Both the position numbers and the translations under genes were made by a program. Below the pieces are notes generated by a model. That model did no database searches. It worked only from the letters and a program-made list of their open reading frames with translations, and had not been told where the DNA came from. A stretch of 64,000 nt of DNA from NCBI GenBank assembly GCA_045593685.1, contig JAZNXD010000023.1, positions 1,715-65,714 of the forward strand, written 5' to 3'. The stretch comes from Candidatus Enterousia sp. (GTDB lineage Bacteria > Pseudomonadota > Alphaproteobacteria > Rs-D84). Of this stretch, positions 45,759-54,342 are shown in pieces; the stretch's first letter is position 1; the number at the start of each line of letters is the position of its first letter.

Positions 45759-45793
45759 AAAGCCCGGAAACCCGGTTGTGTGAAAATAAATAC

Positions 45794-45905
45794 TTGACTT
45801 TTTATTAAAAATATGATAGTATGCAAGACATAAACAGCACAAATTATATCCACATTTGGTGTGGAATTTTTTTTTACCCATGTTTCGACATGGGTATTTT
45901 TTTTA
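45794..45905 (+). promoter_or_regulatory. promoter followed by two tandem intrinsic terminators ahead of the lysis/structural genes
   Basis: TTGACT (45794-99), 17-nt spacer, TAGTAT (45817-22). Hairpin CCACA/TGTGG + T9 (45850-75). Hairpin ACCCATG/CATGGGT + T8 (45876-45904). The first gene starts at 45920. Confidence 0.5.
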
Positions 45906-45919
45906 CCTGTGGGGGGAAC

Positions 45920-46330
45920 ATGCAACTGACATTAATAAATAATCCGGATGCGTCCGCGGGATTGGCGTATCAAATTGCGCGCATTGTTTATGCGCAAACG
46001 GGCGCCCAAACCCTGACCGGTGTCGAAGCGATGACGTCTATGATAAAAAATCTGTCGGACAAATCCGGTATTGCGATTGAACAAATAATCGGGGATAAAA
46101 ATATCTTTGATGCGCTGTCACCGGATTCGCCACGTCATGAACGTATGCGCATATTTGCAAATGATCGTGCGTTTCAAATGTGCCTGCGGGTGGCGCGACG
46201 CATGTTGCGCGGTGGCCTGGGGGATACGTGTTATGGTGCGACATGTTTTCACTATGCGGATCAAATGCCGGATTGGGCACGTGCCCGTGGTTATATTGCG
46301 GACGTGGATGGCATGCTGTTTTATCTTTAA
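45920..46330 (+). CDS. cell-wall hydrolase (SleB/Hydrolase_2-like), putative endolysin
   Basis: The ATG at 45920 follows GGGGGGAAC. ...AYQIARIVYAQTGAQTLTGVEAMTSMIKN... and C-terminal GATCFHYADQMPDWA...DGMLFY resemble the Hydrolase_2 end motif (YFH...P.WA....G.H.FY). Confidence 0.5.
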   Translation: MQLTLINNPDASAGLAYQIARIVYAQTGAQTLTGVEAMTSMIKNLSDKSGIAIEQIIGDKNIFDALSPDSPRHERMRIFANDRAFQMCLRVARRMLRGGLGDTCYGATCFHYADQMPDWARARGYIADVDGMLFYL

Positions 46331-46342
46331 AGCGGGGGAAAT

Positions 46343-46540
46343 ATGACACGAATAATACGTGGTGGATATCTGTCGGGATATCGCACATACATAATTTCTG
46401 CGACTGGCATAATATCTGCGATTGGTGCCTATCTTGTTGGCGAAGCCGATTTGTTTGTCATGTTGCAATCTGTATTTACATTGGCGGGAATTTATTTCCT
46501 GCGTCGTTCAAATGAAACCAAAGGAAAAGAAAATGGATAA
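46343..46540 (+). CDS. holin-like small membrane protein
   Basis: 65 aa with two TM helices and a charged C-terminus (RRSNETKGKENG). Sits directly after the hydrolase gene. Confidence 0.45.
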   Translation: MTRIIRGGYLSGYRTYIISATGIISAIGAYLVGEADLFVMLQSVFTLAGIYFLRRSNETKGKENG

Positions 46541-47189
46541 CATCCCAGAAAAATTTTTAAACACAGACGGTACGGTTAATACATCTGCATTGATAAAATC
46601 GTATACGGAATTGGAAAAAAAGATGGGGACAATGGTAACTGTTCCAACCGCGCAATCGGATGCATCTGTCCAAGAAAAATTTAATCGTGCGATTGGTGTC
46701 CCACTTAGTCCATCAGAATATCCGACACATGATTTGTATGATGATGAAAATCTGCGTGAAAAATTTTTTCAAATTGGATTAACCAGTACCCAGGTTGAAA
46801 AAATTTATGACATTGCAAATGAATTTTTATCACCAATAATTTCAGATTTATTTTCTGTTCGTGATGAAACAAATGCAATAAATGAATTAAAAAATTTTTT
46901 TGGTGGCACAGAAAAAATGAACGAAGCATTAAACGCAATAAATGCATTTGGCCAGCGATTTTTACCACGCGATGCATTTGAAACTATGTGCGCCACACCC
47001 CAGGGAATCCAAGGCATCTACCGCATGATGCAATCGATGGAACCCGATGTAAAAACAGATACAAACGAAACAAAAAATTTATCAGATTCTGATTTGCGTC
47101 GCATGATGCGTGATCCAAAATATTGGCGTGATGGTGATGCCGAATATATTCGCAAAATAGAAAATGGATTTAAAAAATTATATTCATAA
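46533..47189 (+). CDS. phage scaffold/capsid-assembly-like protein
   Basis: The ATG at 46533 follows AAGGAAAAG. MDNIPEKFLNTDGTVNTSALIKSYTELEKKMG is typical of podovirus scaffold N-termini. Acidic and helical, positioned before the capsid gene. Confidence 0.45.
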   Translation: MDNIPEKFLNTDGTVNTSALIKSYTELEKKMGTMVTVPTAQSDASVQEKFNRAIGVPLSPSEYPTHDLYDDENLREKFFQIGLTSTQVEKIYDIANEFLSPIISDLFSVRDETNAINELKNFFGGTEKMNEALNAINAFGQRFLPRDAFETMCATPQGIQGIYRMMQSMEPDVKTDTNETKNLSDSDLRRMMRDPKYWRDGDAEYIRKIENGFKKLYS

Positions 47190-47301
47190 ATAAAAAAATA
47201 ACTTTTCTTCTTTACTAATATTCATATTTCATGATAAAATATACAGTAAGAACAAAACGGATTTGTTCTGTCCAAAAAACTTTAGTAAAAGGAGAGAAAG
47301 G

Positions 47302-47763
47302 ATGGGATTTTTATTTAAAAGATCTGCAAAAAAAGTAGAAGCAGCAAAACCGGTTGCAAAACCTGCTGCCAAGAAAGCACCTGCGAAAAAAGTAGCGGCA
47401 AAACCTGCTGCCAAGAAAGCACCTGCGAAAAAAGTAGCGGCAAAACCTGTTGCGAAGAAAGCACCTGCGAAAAAAGTGGCGGCTGCAAAACCTGTTGCAA
47501 AAAAAGCACCTGCGAAAAAAGTAGCGGCAAAACCTGTTGCGAAAAAAGCACCTGCGAAAAAAGTAGCGGCAAAACCTGTTGCAAAAAAAGCACCTGCGAA
47601 AAAAGTAGTGGCAAAACCCGTTGCGAAAAAAGCACCTGCGAAAAAAGTAGCGGCAAAACCAGTTGCAAAAAAAGCACCTGCGAAAAAAGTAGCGACCAAA
47701 CCGGTTGCAAAAAAGCCATGCGCCAAAAAGGCATGTGCAAAAAAAGTTTGCAAGAAAAAATAA
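47302..47763 (+). CDS. histone H1-like Lys/Ala-rich repeat protein
   Basis: The ATG at 47302 follows AAAGGAGAGAAAGG. About 8.5 copies of [14 protein letters not shown] and a Cys-containing [17 protein letters not shown] tail. Has its own promoter-like TTTACT-18-TAAAAT and its own terminator. Confidence 0.7.
   Translation: MGFLFKRSAKKVEAAKPVAKPAAKKAPAKKVAAKPAAKKAPAKKVAAKPVAKKAPAKKVAAAKPVAKKAPAKKVAAKPVAKKAPAKKVAAKPVAKKAPAKKVVAKPVAKKAPAKKVAAKPVAKKAPAKKVATKPVAKKPCAKKACAKKVCKKK
47341..47718 (+). repeat. 42-bp in-frame tandem repeat (coding, ~9 copies)
   Basis: GCAAAACCTGTTGCGAAAAAAGCACCTGCGAAAAAAGTAGCG-type units. They generate long antisense ORF artefacts (47229..47753, 47315..47740). Confidence 0.9.
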
Positions 47764-47774
47764 TCTAATCTTTA

Positions 47775-47848
47775 CCCCGCGTTTGCGGGGTTTTATTTAA
47801 ATCAGTATCAGTCAGATAATCGTGCACAGTCTGACTGATATTTTTTTA
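47775..47848 (+). terminator. two consecutive intrinsic terminators between the H1-like and capsid genes
   Basis: CCCCGCGTTTGCGGGG + TTTT (47775-94). An 11-bp stem TATCAGTCAGA/TCTGACTGATA + T7 (47806-47). Confidence 0.6.
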
Positions 47849-47986
47849 TGGACAATCCATATCGCATGTGGACCCGAATTTTATTTTTGTTTTTATGGCG
47901 CATTAATTTGCATAACCAAAACACAAAATCTTATGCGCGTTGTTTTATAACAATGCAGTTTAATTTTTTTACCAAAGGATTTTTGT

Positions 47987-48811
47987 ATGTCTGTTTCCAT
48001 AGATAATGTATTTGTGAAACATTTCGAAGCCGATGTTCACCTGGCGTATCAGCAAACTGGTACCAAACTGCGTTCGACCGTTCGCAGCAAATCGGGTGTT
48101 GTTGGTGCGTCTACTACTTTTCAAAAGGTTGGTCGTGGCACGGCCAGTACTAAATCACGTCATGGCATTGTACCCGTTATGAATTTGAATCATGAACCGG
48201 TTGAATGTTTGTTAATGGATTATTATGCCGGCGATTGGGTTGACAGTTTGGACGAATTAAAGACAAACATTGATGAACGCCGTGTTGTTGCATCAGCCGG
48301 TGCATATGCATTGGGACGAAAAACCGATGAATTGATTATCGCGGCAATGCAGGGCGCAACCGCAAATGTCGGTGATTATACATCGGGCCTGACCAAAGAT
48401 TTGGTTTTATCTGCACTGGAAATATTAAATACAAATGACGTACCCGATGATGGTCGTCGTTTTGCCGTTGTTGGCGTGCACCAGTGGAACGAACTGTTGT
48501 CGATGGATGAATTTGTGTCTGCCGATTATGTTTCTGATACCCCGTTGTTAAACGGATTCGAAGCACGCAAATGGTTGGGTATTACATGGGTATTGCACAA
48601 TGGTTTACCAATCAGTGAAAACAACCGTGATTGTTTTATCTATCATGCATCCAGTATCGGTCATGCCTGTGGCCAGGAAGTTAAAACAGATATTTCATGG
48701 CATGGTGAACGTGCTGCGCACTTTATCAGCAACAGCATGTCCCAGGGCGCGGTCCTGATTGATGGCGACGGCATTGTACGTGTCAAATGTTCTGACACGC
48801 AGTCTGCGTAA
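47987..48811 (+). CDS. phage major capsid protein
   Basis: 274 aa. The N-terminal pattern F.K.FEADVHLAYQQTGTKLRSTVR....G....FQKVG and the position after the scaffold are typical of small podovirus/P22-BPP-1-type capsid proteins, as far as I recall. Confidence 0.6.
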   Translation: MSVSIDNVFVKHFEADVHLAYQQTGTKLRSTVRSKSGVVGASTTFQKVGRGTASTKSRHGIVPVMNLNHEPVECLLMDYYAGDWVDSLDELKTNIDERRVVASAGAYALGRKTDELIIAAMQGATANVGDYTSGLTKDLVLSALEILNTNDVPDDGRRFAVVGVHQWNELLSMDEFVSADYVSDTPLLNGFEARKWLGITWVLHNGLPISENNRDCFIYHASSIGHACGQEVKTDISWHGERAAHFISNSMSQGAVLIDGDGIVRVKCSDTQSA

Positions 48812-48851
48812 AATTTCACAATACATAACCATAACCCAAAGGAATAAACAT

Positions 48852-49085
48852 ATGGCTTTTCAGAATAAAAATTTATCTGTCATTGCGTATGCAAATGGAT
48901 TTACATTGTGGCATTACAGCAGTGCTTCTGAGACATTGGCAACAATTTCCGCCAACGGATATTTCAACAGTGTTAAAACATTGATGAATATTGGCGACAT
49001 TATCATCATCAATGCATCAGATAATACCGCGATTAAGAAAATCAATGTCACGGAACTAAATGTGACGACGGTTGCATTGGCATAA
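48852..49085 (+). CDS. small phage structural-module protein (possible decoration/cement or head-completion protein)
   Basis: 77 aa from the ATG at 48852 (AAAGGAA SD). MAFQNKNLSVIAYANGFTLWHY... The call rests on position only. Confidence 0.35.
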   Translation: MAFQNKNLSVIAYANGFTLWHYSSASETLATISANGYFNSVKTLMNIGDIIIINASDNTAIKKINVTELNVTTVALA

Positions 49086-49155
49086 TATACCAATCTTTAT
49101 AAATTGGCCGGTAATAAATGCCGGCCTGATTTTTACTAATTAAAAAAGGGACAAA

Positions 49156-49674
49156 ATGCTTACGAAAATAGACCTTTGTACCATGGCGTTATTAAAACTG
49201 GGCGAAGCGCCAATTCAATCTTTGTCTGATGATGTTGCATCTGCGAAATTATCGCGTACTTTATTTGACCCTGTTATGGATGCGTTAATCAGTATTCATC
49301 CATGGCGTTTTGCAACGGCCGAAATAAAATTGACCAAGAACACAGACGGCAATTTTTTGATACCGTCCAATGTGTTGCGTGTGCTAAGGGCATCTGGGCG
49401 TATTATTGGCGACCGCGTAATTTCTGATGCGCAAACCGTCACGATTACGGCGACTGTGCGTACGGAACCGGACAAGTATCCTTCGTATTTTATTTCGTTG
49501 GCGGCCACCCGCCTGGCTATGGAGTTTTGTATCCCGCTGTTGGGCGACCAGTCTGTATTTCGTATGTTGGTCGCGTTGTATGAAACAGAATTACAAACGG
49601 CCAAATTTATTGACAGCACGACATCCATATCCGGCGCCATAGAAGATTTTTCATTAATTAATTCGCGTTATTAA
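49156..49674 (+). CDS. phage head-tail adaptor / tail tubular protein A-like
   Basis: MLTKIDLCTMALLKLGEAPIQSLSDD...HPWRFA matches the N-terminal pattern (N.AL..LG...I.S......W.FA) I associate with podovirus adaptor/tubular-A proteins. Confidence 0.4.
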   Translation: MLTKIDLCTMALLKLGEAPIQSLSDDVASAKLSRTLFDPVMDALISIHPWRFATAEIKLTKNTDGNFLIPSNVLRVLRASGRIIGDRVISDAQTVTITATVRTEPDKYPSYFISLAATRLAMEFCIPLLGDQSVFRMLVALYETELQTAKFIDSTTSISGAIEDFSLINSRY

Positions 49675-49699
49675 ATATTTTTTAAAGGGGGGGACAGTA

Positions 49700-51415
49700 A
49701 TGGCTGATTTTATTAAAACACAAAACTCTTTTGCAAATGGCGAAGTTGGATCGGAATTTTATGTGCACGATGGCATCAATGGCCTGTCCAAATTGGAAAA
49801 TATGGATGTGTTGTCGGGCGGTGGACTGACACGGCGTTCTGGTTTGCGAACGGTTTGCGCTTTGCCGGGCGCGGCGCGTTTAATATCGTTTTCTGTGTCC
49901 GATGGCGAAGAATATCTGATTGCGCTGACCGATGGGCATATGTACATATATCGTGACGATAAAAAGTACCAAGATTTAATAACGCCATGGGCATATGATG
50001 ATTTGTCGCATGTACAATACGCGCAGCGATTTGGGACGATGATATTTGTTCATCCCAATTTCATCCCCCAGGTTTTACGGAAATCCGGCGACAGATTTTA
50101 TATCTCGGATTTTTCTTTTTCGCGCAATGATGCGGACATGACTCTGCGGGTTCCGTTTGTTTCGTTTGATGATACCACAGATATCAGCATAACGGTTACA
50201 TCATGTGTCCTGGGTAACAACTATGCGACATTTACAACCAATCTAGATTTTTGGACACCGGATAATGTTAATGGCCGCCTTTTTTTATTGGAACGCCAAT
50301 GGGTCGTCCATGAATACATATCGCCGACCCAGATTATCGCATACACAAATGGCACATATTCCATCCCGTCCAGTCCCGTAACCGATTGGCGCGAATCCGC
50401 GTTCAGTGCGCGTCGTGGTTGGCCACGCAGTATCACCTTTCACCAGGACCGATTGGTCTTTGGCGGGTCGCGTGATTGGCCGTCTGGGATTTGGATGTCC
50501 CAGGTTGGGCGCCACAATAATTTTGACATTGGTACGGGCCTGGATGACGAAGCGATATTTGTGTCACTAATGTCGCAGCAGCGTCAACATATCTGCGCCA
50601 CGGTCAGCAGTGATAACCTGCAAATATTAACCAACGTCGGCGAATGGGCAATATCGAATTCGCCACTGACACCATCTGCGGTTGATGTGAAACAGCATAC
50701 TTCGGTCGGATCGTACGTTACGCGACATTTGCCGCCCCAAACCATAGAAGGTGCAACCATTTTTGTTGCCGCAAATGGTTGTGATATTCGCGAATTGGGG
50801 TTGGATGAACTGGGGGAAAATTATCGTGCAAATGATTTATCGGCTTTTTCCAAACATATTATGCACAATCCCATTGATATGGCATACAATTCTGCAACGC
50901 GAAAATTGTACGTGGTTCGTACCGATGGCATTATGGCGGTATTGAACCAAAATGCGGCATTGGGTATTTCGGCATGGGGAACGTACACGACGTCGGGACG
51001 TTTTATGTCGGTGTCTGTGTGCGATAAAAAAACGTACGTTGTCGTATCACGTGGTGATGATGTATTTTTGGAATACTTTGATGCATCCGCTTTGCGCGAT
51101 TGTGATAAATATGATTTTTCATTTATTGCATCGGGTATTCCGTTGCGGTCATCGGGGCACAGCGCCACACGCCTCCGCCTGCGTAAAATCAGTGCCCGTG
51201 TATTACAAACCAAATCACTGAATATAAATTCGCATCGTATTACATTACCAAATGAAATTTATACGATTGATTCCCCCGAATTCAGTGGGGACGTTTCCAT
51301 AAATCTGCTGGGGACCGTGCACGACTGTATGAATTCCCCGTGGACAATACATGGCACAGACCCGCAACCGGCAACGATTTTATCGGTAACAATGCACGGT
51401 TGGTATTCGGTATAA
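49700..51415 (+). CDS. phage nozzle / tail tubular protein B-like (stabilisation protein)
   Basis: 571 aa. N-terminal NSFANGEVGSEFYVHDGINGLSKLENMDVLSGGGLTRRSGLR pattern and position after the adaptor-like gene. Confidence 0.45.
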   Translation: MADFIKTQNSFANGEVGSEFYVHDGINGLSKLENMDVLSGGGLTRRSGLRTVCALPGAARLISFSVSDGEEYLIALTDGHMYIYRDDKKYQDLITPWAYDDLSHVQYAQRFGTMIFVHPNFIPQVLRKSGDRFYISDFSFSRNDADMTLRVPFVSFDDTTDISITVTSCVLGNNYATFTTNLDFWTPDNVNGRLFLLERQWVVHEYISPTQIIAYTNGTYSIPSSPVTDWRESAFSARRGWPRSITFHQDRLVFGGSRDWPSGIWMSQVGRHNNFDIGTGLDDEAIFVSLMSQQRQHICATVSSDNLQILTNVGEWAISNSPLTPSAVDVKQHTSVGSYVTRHLPPQTIEGATIFVAANGCDIRELGLDELGENYRANDLSAFSKHIMHNPIDMAYNSATRKLYVVRTDGIMAVLNQNAALGISAWGTYTTSGRFMSVSVCDKKTYVVVSRGDDVFLEYFDASALRDCDKYDFSFIASGIPLRSSGHSATRLRLRKISARVLQTKSLNINSHRITLPNEIYTIDSPEFSGDVSINLLGTVHDCMNSPWTIHGTDPQPATILSVTMHGWYSV

Positions 51416-51441
51416 CAATCAACACAAACAAAGGATAAAAT

Positions 51442-51789
51442 ATGGGACAACTTGTATCAGATGTAACAGAAATACTGGATTATAAAGACGCCAAGAAACA
51501 GGCAAAATCACAACGCCAAGAAATCTTGGCCCAGATGGCATCAGACGAAAAAGAAAAAAAGAATTTGATAAAAAAAGCCCTGGCCACCCAGCGTGCAAAA
51601 TTTGGTGCATCTGGCATGTCGGGCACAGGCATTACCGAAGGCGCCGTGTTGCGTCGTCTAAAAAATGAAACATCCGCACCATATGAAAAAAAGCGTCGCG
51701 AAAATTTAACCAGGTTAAAACAGACCCGTGCATCCAGACCAAACCTGTTAAAATCGATTTTATCACGGTTTGACGATTTGGTTGGCTAA
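51442..51789 (+). CDS. phage internal/ejection-like small basic protein
   Basis: 115 aa, Lys/Arg-rich and helical. The call rests on position only. Confidence 0.35.
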   Translation: MGQLVSDVTEILDYKDAKKQAKSQRQEILAQMASDEKEKKNLIKKALATQRAKFGASGMSGTGITEGAVLRRLKNETSAPYEKKRRENLTRLKQTRASRPNLLKSILSRFDDLVG

Positions 51790-51809
51790 TCACGGGGCAG
51801 GGGGATAAA

Positions 51810-52010
51810 ATGTACAAAATATCTTATACCGCCGAAATTGATTGTACCCACGCGGTTATCCAAGACAAACTGTCCGGCGGGGCGGTTTTGGGATTATATC
51901 GCAATCTGTTGGGGGTATTGGAAAACGCATTGCCAAAATTAATAAATGATTATGGCTATATAACCGAAAGCGCACCAAACGAAAATGCTGATGACTATGG
52001 GGTATTATGA
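51810..52010 (+). CDS. small hypothetical phage protein upstream of terL
   Basis: 66-aa ORF overlapping the start of the TerL ORF. It sits where a small terminase subunit would be, but I see no motif support. Confidence 0.3.
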   Translation: MYKISYTAEIDCTHAVIQDKLSGGAVLGLYRNLLGVLENALPKLINDYGYITESAPNENADDYGVL

Positions 52011-52596
52011 ATTTTTGGACCAATGGAATCGGATTTTGGGGTACAAGACCCCCGCGCATCACAGGCGTATTATGGAATTTCTGGTTGACGTTTGGACAAA
52101 TTCGCCACGCCGTGGTTTGTTGATGGCATTTCGACATTCGGGCAAGTCCACGGTTGTTGGGATTTTCGTTGCCTGTGTTTTATATATGCACCCGGAAACC
52201 CGAATTTTGGTATTGTCGGCGGAAAATGGTTTGTCGGGTCGTATGGTGGCGCACGTTCGGCATATCCTTGAAAATCATCCGTGGTGTGCCGATTTGGTGC
52301 CCCAGAATAAAAAGGAATGGGCCGCCGGTCGCATCACGATAAATCGCCCCATTGGTATTCGCGAACCATCGGTCATATGCCAGGGGATTCATGGTAACAT
52401 AACGGGTATGCGTGCGGATTTAATTATTTGCGACGATGTCGAAGTGCCAAATACCATCAACACCCCGCAAAAGCGTGAAAACCTGCGTGAAAGATTACGG
52501 GAATTGGATTTTATCCTGTCACCAAATGGGGCCATGATTTACATTGGAACGCCCCATACGCACGACACGATATATCGCACATCGGACACGGACTAG
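51985..52596 (+). CDS. terL: terminase large subunit, N-terminal ATPase half (gene interrupted)
   Basis: Walker A LLMAFRHSGKSTVVG, Walker B ADLIICDDVE, then IGTPHTHDTIY, then a stop after 6 more codons. Confidence 0.75.
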   Translation: MLMTMGYYEFLDQWNRILGYKTPAHHRRIMEFLVDVWTNSPRRGLLMAFRHSGKSTVVGIFVACVLYMHPETRILVLSAENGLSGRMVAHVRHILENHPWCADLVPQNKKEWAAGRITINRPIGIREPSVICQGIHGNITGMRADLIICDDVEVPNTINTPQKRENLRERLRELDFILSPNGAMIYIGTPHTHDTIYRTSDTD

Positions 52597-53231
52597 TTAA
52601 TACTGCTGACAAACGTGCGCAGTTTTTCCAACAATTCTGTCCCGGCATCGCCGAACATCGGCAAATATGTTTCGTATTCCGGCATATCGGCCTGAACCTG
52701 GGCCCGCGCCCGCTCTGACAGCGGACTAGATATAATCTCGTTTGCGGTGGCCCACAGTCTGTATGCATCATATGTTTGCTTTACAATGCGCCATTTGTCC
52801 AATAACTGGGGTCGTGCCCCCAGTGCCGATTGAATGGCAACGGGCCACTCTTCGCCAAATTTTCGTACAATCGGCAAAGAAACGAACATATCCAATCCAT
52901 GTTGATCCGGTGTAAAAGAATCCAGGCCTTCCTGTAATTCACGCCATTGTGCATCGGTCAGGGCAATCGAAGTCATGGCATCACTCATCATGCCACCATA
53001 CGGTAACAGTTCACGCTCAATGGAATCCATTGGGGTTTTGCCGCTGCGTAAATTTTCAATATGTTGAATCAGGTTTTTACCCGCCGGCATATCACGCAAT
53101 TCGGCAATTACATCATCGGTCGCATCCTGGACAAGAATTGGGTTAATCGCCAACCATCCGCCGACTATAACATGTTCTTGGCGATACAGGTTTAACAGTC
53201 TTTGTGCCGTTGTTCTGATTTTTGCCTTCAT
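52593..53231 (-). CDS. hypothetical protein (last gene of the dnaB-repressor block)
   Basis: 212-aa ORF. Its stop overlaps the TerL-N stop within CTAG (52593-52596). I recognise no family. Confidence 0.45.
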   Translation of the reverse strand: MKAKIRTTAQRLLNLYRQEHVIVGGWLAINPILVQDATDDVIAELRDMPAGKNLIQHIENLRSGKTPMDSIERELLPYGGMMSDAMTSIALTDAQWRELQEGLDSFTPDQHGLDMFVSLPIVRKFGEEWPVAIQSALGARPQLLDKWRIVKQTYDAYRLWATANEIISSPLSERARAQVQADMPEYETYLPMFGDAGTELLEKLRTFVSSIN

Positions 53232-53257
53232 GGTAATCTCTCTCCTGTGTGTGGTGT

Positions 53258-54271
53258 TTATTCCATAACAATCATAACAACTTTATGCATTGTCTGTCCG
53301 TTAATCTTTTCGTCGGGACCGGAAATTTGACCATAAATTTTTCCCTTGGAATCCTGGCGAACACTGACGATTTGTGCGCTGACCGATGTTTCAGAATCCA
53401 ACGCATCAAAATCCGCATCAATGCATACTGCCATGTCACCCGGTTTGGCGGGGGTTAACGCATCCGCAAAAACATAAGATTTTTCTGGGATAAATCCGCC
53501 CAGTCTTTTTGTGTTTGGCACAACTGCGTATATGCCCGCGCGTCCTTCCAATGTCATTGGCGACACAATCATTGTTTTGTCGGACTTTTTAAATGCGATT
53601 GATTTTCCCGACGGCGTACCAAATACAGGCACCAATTTTTTACGTGCACTGTCATACAACTTGGCACCATACAGACCGCCGTGCATATCAATACTGGACA
53701 TAGGGTTCCCCGGCACCAAAACAGATTTTACGCGTTCTTTGACCTTGCTGATATGTTTGTTTAATTCGCCCGATTTATACAGGTTTGCAATTTTATCAAA
53801 CAAATCTTCGGCCCCCATCGCAAAGGATTTTGCCAATGGTTCAATTTCATTTTTATAGATTTCGCGTTGACCAACTTCGATTTTATGATACACCGACAAT
53901 GTCATCCCGGCTTCTTTTGCGGCCTGGGCGATTGTTTTTCCGGACTGCTGACGAATTTTGCGCAGACCACTGCCGAATACTTTCAGTCCGCTGTTTTCAT
54001 TGTCGTTCAGGCGACGTTTGATTTCATTTTGCCATTGCCCCGCAACATCATCAGATTCTTTGATGAATATATCGGATAATTTACACCCCAGGATATTACA
54101 AATATTCAATAACTGTTTTTGGTTCAGGCGTCGCACCCCTTTTTCAATTTTTGAAACCGCGGACAGCGACAAACCCGCCTGGCGTGCCAGTTCGGTCATT
54201 TTCATACCGTTTGCCAAACGTATGTTACGGATATTATTTGGAAAAATAATTTCTTCTTGGGCCATGTGCAA
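53258..54271 (-). CDS. tandem XRE-family HTH regulator with C-terminal beta-rich (LexA/S24-like, apparently non-catalytic) domain
   Basis: Two HTH_3-like modules (IRNIRLANGMKMTELARQAGLSLSAVSKIEKG; LRKIRQQSGKTIAQAAKEAGMTLSVYHKIEVG). The C-terminal ~130 aa has no GDSM/Ser-Lys dyad that I can see. Confidence 0.65.
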   Translation of the reverse strand: MHMAQEEIIFPNNIRNIRLANGMKMTELARQAGLSLSAVSKIEKGVRRLNQKQLLNICNILGCKLSDIFIKESDDVAGQWQNEIKRRLNDNENSGLKVFGSGLRKIRQQSGKTIAQAAKEAGMTLSVYHKIEVGQREIYKNEIEPLAKSFAMGAEDLFDKIANLYKSGELNKHISKVKERVKSVLVPGNPMSSIDMHGGLYGAKLYDSARKKLVPVFGTPSGKSIAFKKSDKTMIVSPMTLEGRAGIYAVVPNTKRLGGFIPEKSYVFADALTPAKPGDMAVCIDADFDALDSETSVSAQIVSVRQDSKGKIYGQISGPDEKINGQTMHKVVMIVME

Positions 54272-54342
54272 ACTCCTAAATAACTATTTCTTGACAAAAT
54301 AATAGTCAATTTAGGAACGCGGTGCAAGGAAATAATTATAAA

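Noticed and set aside
47229-47753. Long minus-strand ORFs (174 aa and 141 aa) rich in Phe/Ala/Gly or Leu/Gln/Val
   Set aside because: They are antisense reading frames of the 42-bp Lys/Ala coding repeat. Only the plus-strand frame has an SD, promoter and terminator.
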